Part shown: piece by piece, positions 63,196 through 64,000 of the stretch
Layout of the letters: each line of letters opens with the position of its first letter
Numbering within the stretch: position 1 is the stretch's first letter
Assembly (NCBI GenBank): GCA_951406725.2
Contig: OX597820.1
Location: 25,110,001 to 25,174,000, forward strand
From: Octopus vulgaris
Lineage: Eukaryota
DNA: 64,000 nt
Direction: 5' to 3'
Notes under the pieces: model-generated
Database searches by the model: none
Told to the model about the DNA's origin: nothing
Seen by the model: only the letters and a program-made list of their open reading frames with translations
Position numbers and translations under genes: made by a program

Positions 63196-63536
63196 AAAAA
63201 AAATTTTCAAAAATCGCAACTTCAATATTTTGATTCCGCCCCGCCCCACCCATTTCTTCATTTTACCCTTTTTCCGGAATTTTTTTTTTTCTTTTTGTGA
63301 TACGTACAAAAATACGGAGATTATGATTCTGAAAAAAAAATATTGTTTGTAAAATTTCAATTTTTCAAAAAAAAATAAATAAATAAAAATTAACCCTCCC
63401 TCCCCAGCAGGCTATTAACATGCTAGAAATAACAGCCAAACCTCACAAAACTGCGATAACATAATGTTACCTTTCAGGAAAGATTTCTTTCAGAGTACTT
63501 TCCCGCAGTGAAATGAAATTTATTTATTTTTGAAAG

Positions 63537-63955
63537 TTACAAAAAAATATGAGTTTTATCGAGAAGTGTGTTCAGGAAGCCGCGCTGGTGAGGTTTAGTG
63601 GGAATAAACATCCGCAATGTGTTCCAAGAAATATATAGAAATTCTGAAAGTTTTTCTCGATACATTGATTCATCAACGCGAGACCATTTCATGTCGCCCG
63701 ATGATCCAGTCACATACTTTAGCAATCTTTTGATACAGGACCAACAGGCCTCAACGTGGTTCATGCAAGCGCCAGTTTCAGGGTCGACGAAATTCTTTGA
63801 ATGGTTGACCGTTCTGTGAATGTAACCCAGCTGTTGTAAGTTCATATAGCTGGTCCATTTGTCTGTATGTATTATAGTACCGGGTAACATATTTTCAATT
63901 ATAACAGCTTCTAGTGTTGCTGCGCTTCTGTCGGGTACACGCTGTAGAAATCGTT
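63537..63955 (-). mobile_element. Merlin / IS1595 (ISXO2-like) DDE transposase fragment, C-terminal half
   Basis: VPDRSAATL..I…PGTIIHTDKW.SY…HRTVNHS.NFVDP.TGA..N.VE..W…K. Confidence 0.9.
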
Positions 63956-64000
63956 TTTTTTTTGGGGGGGGGGGGTTCACAGTGGTGTCATAGCAACCGA

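Noticed and set aside
63537-63980. Bacterial IS1595 contamination or horizontal transfer
   Set aside because: Eukaryotic Merlin transposases share this domain, and the flanks are host-like AT-rich repeats.

Overview
AT-rich, repeat-dense eukaryotic genomic DNA. The SINE, microsatellite and LINE content looks like a coleoid cephalopod, most likely Octopus (inference from repeat style, not a database match). Two spliced minus-strand genes were reconstructed by hand. The first is a fatty-acid amide hydrolase (FAAH/amidase-signature) gene with 10 coding exons from 15180 down to 381, continuing off the left edge. The second is a complete 3-exon ECHDC1-like (ethylmalonyl-CoA decarboxylase, crotonase fold) gene at 54045..48648, about 305 aa. 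The rest is transposon-derived: a near-complete CR1/L2-type LINE ORF2, RTE remnants, Gypsy pol, two mariners, piggyBac, hAT, Merlin (IS1595-like) fossils and MITEs, and several tRNA-SINE families. The most unusual signal is a set of Penelope-like (PLE) remnants in (TA)n microsatellites. They carry minimal hammerhead-ribozyme motifs, two with compensatory changes of the core 3:8 pair (U3:A8 and G3:C8). They are associated with long foldback hairpins and with inverted duplications of flanking DNA. Most short ORFs in the supplied track are microsatellite or SINE artefacts. All alignments and folds were done by eye.
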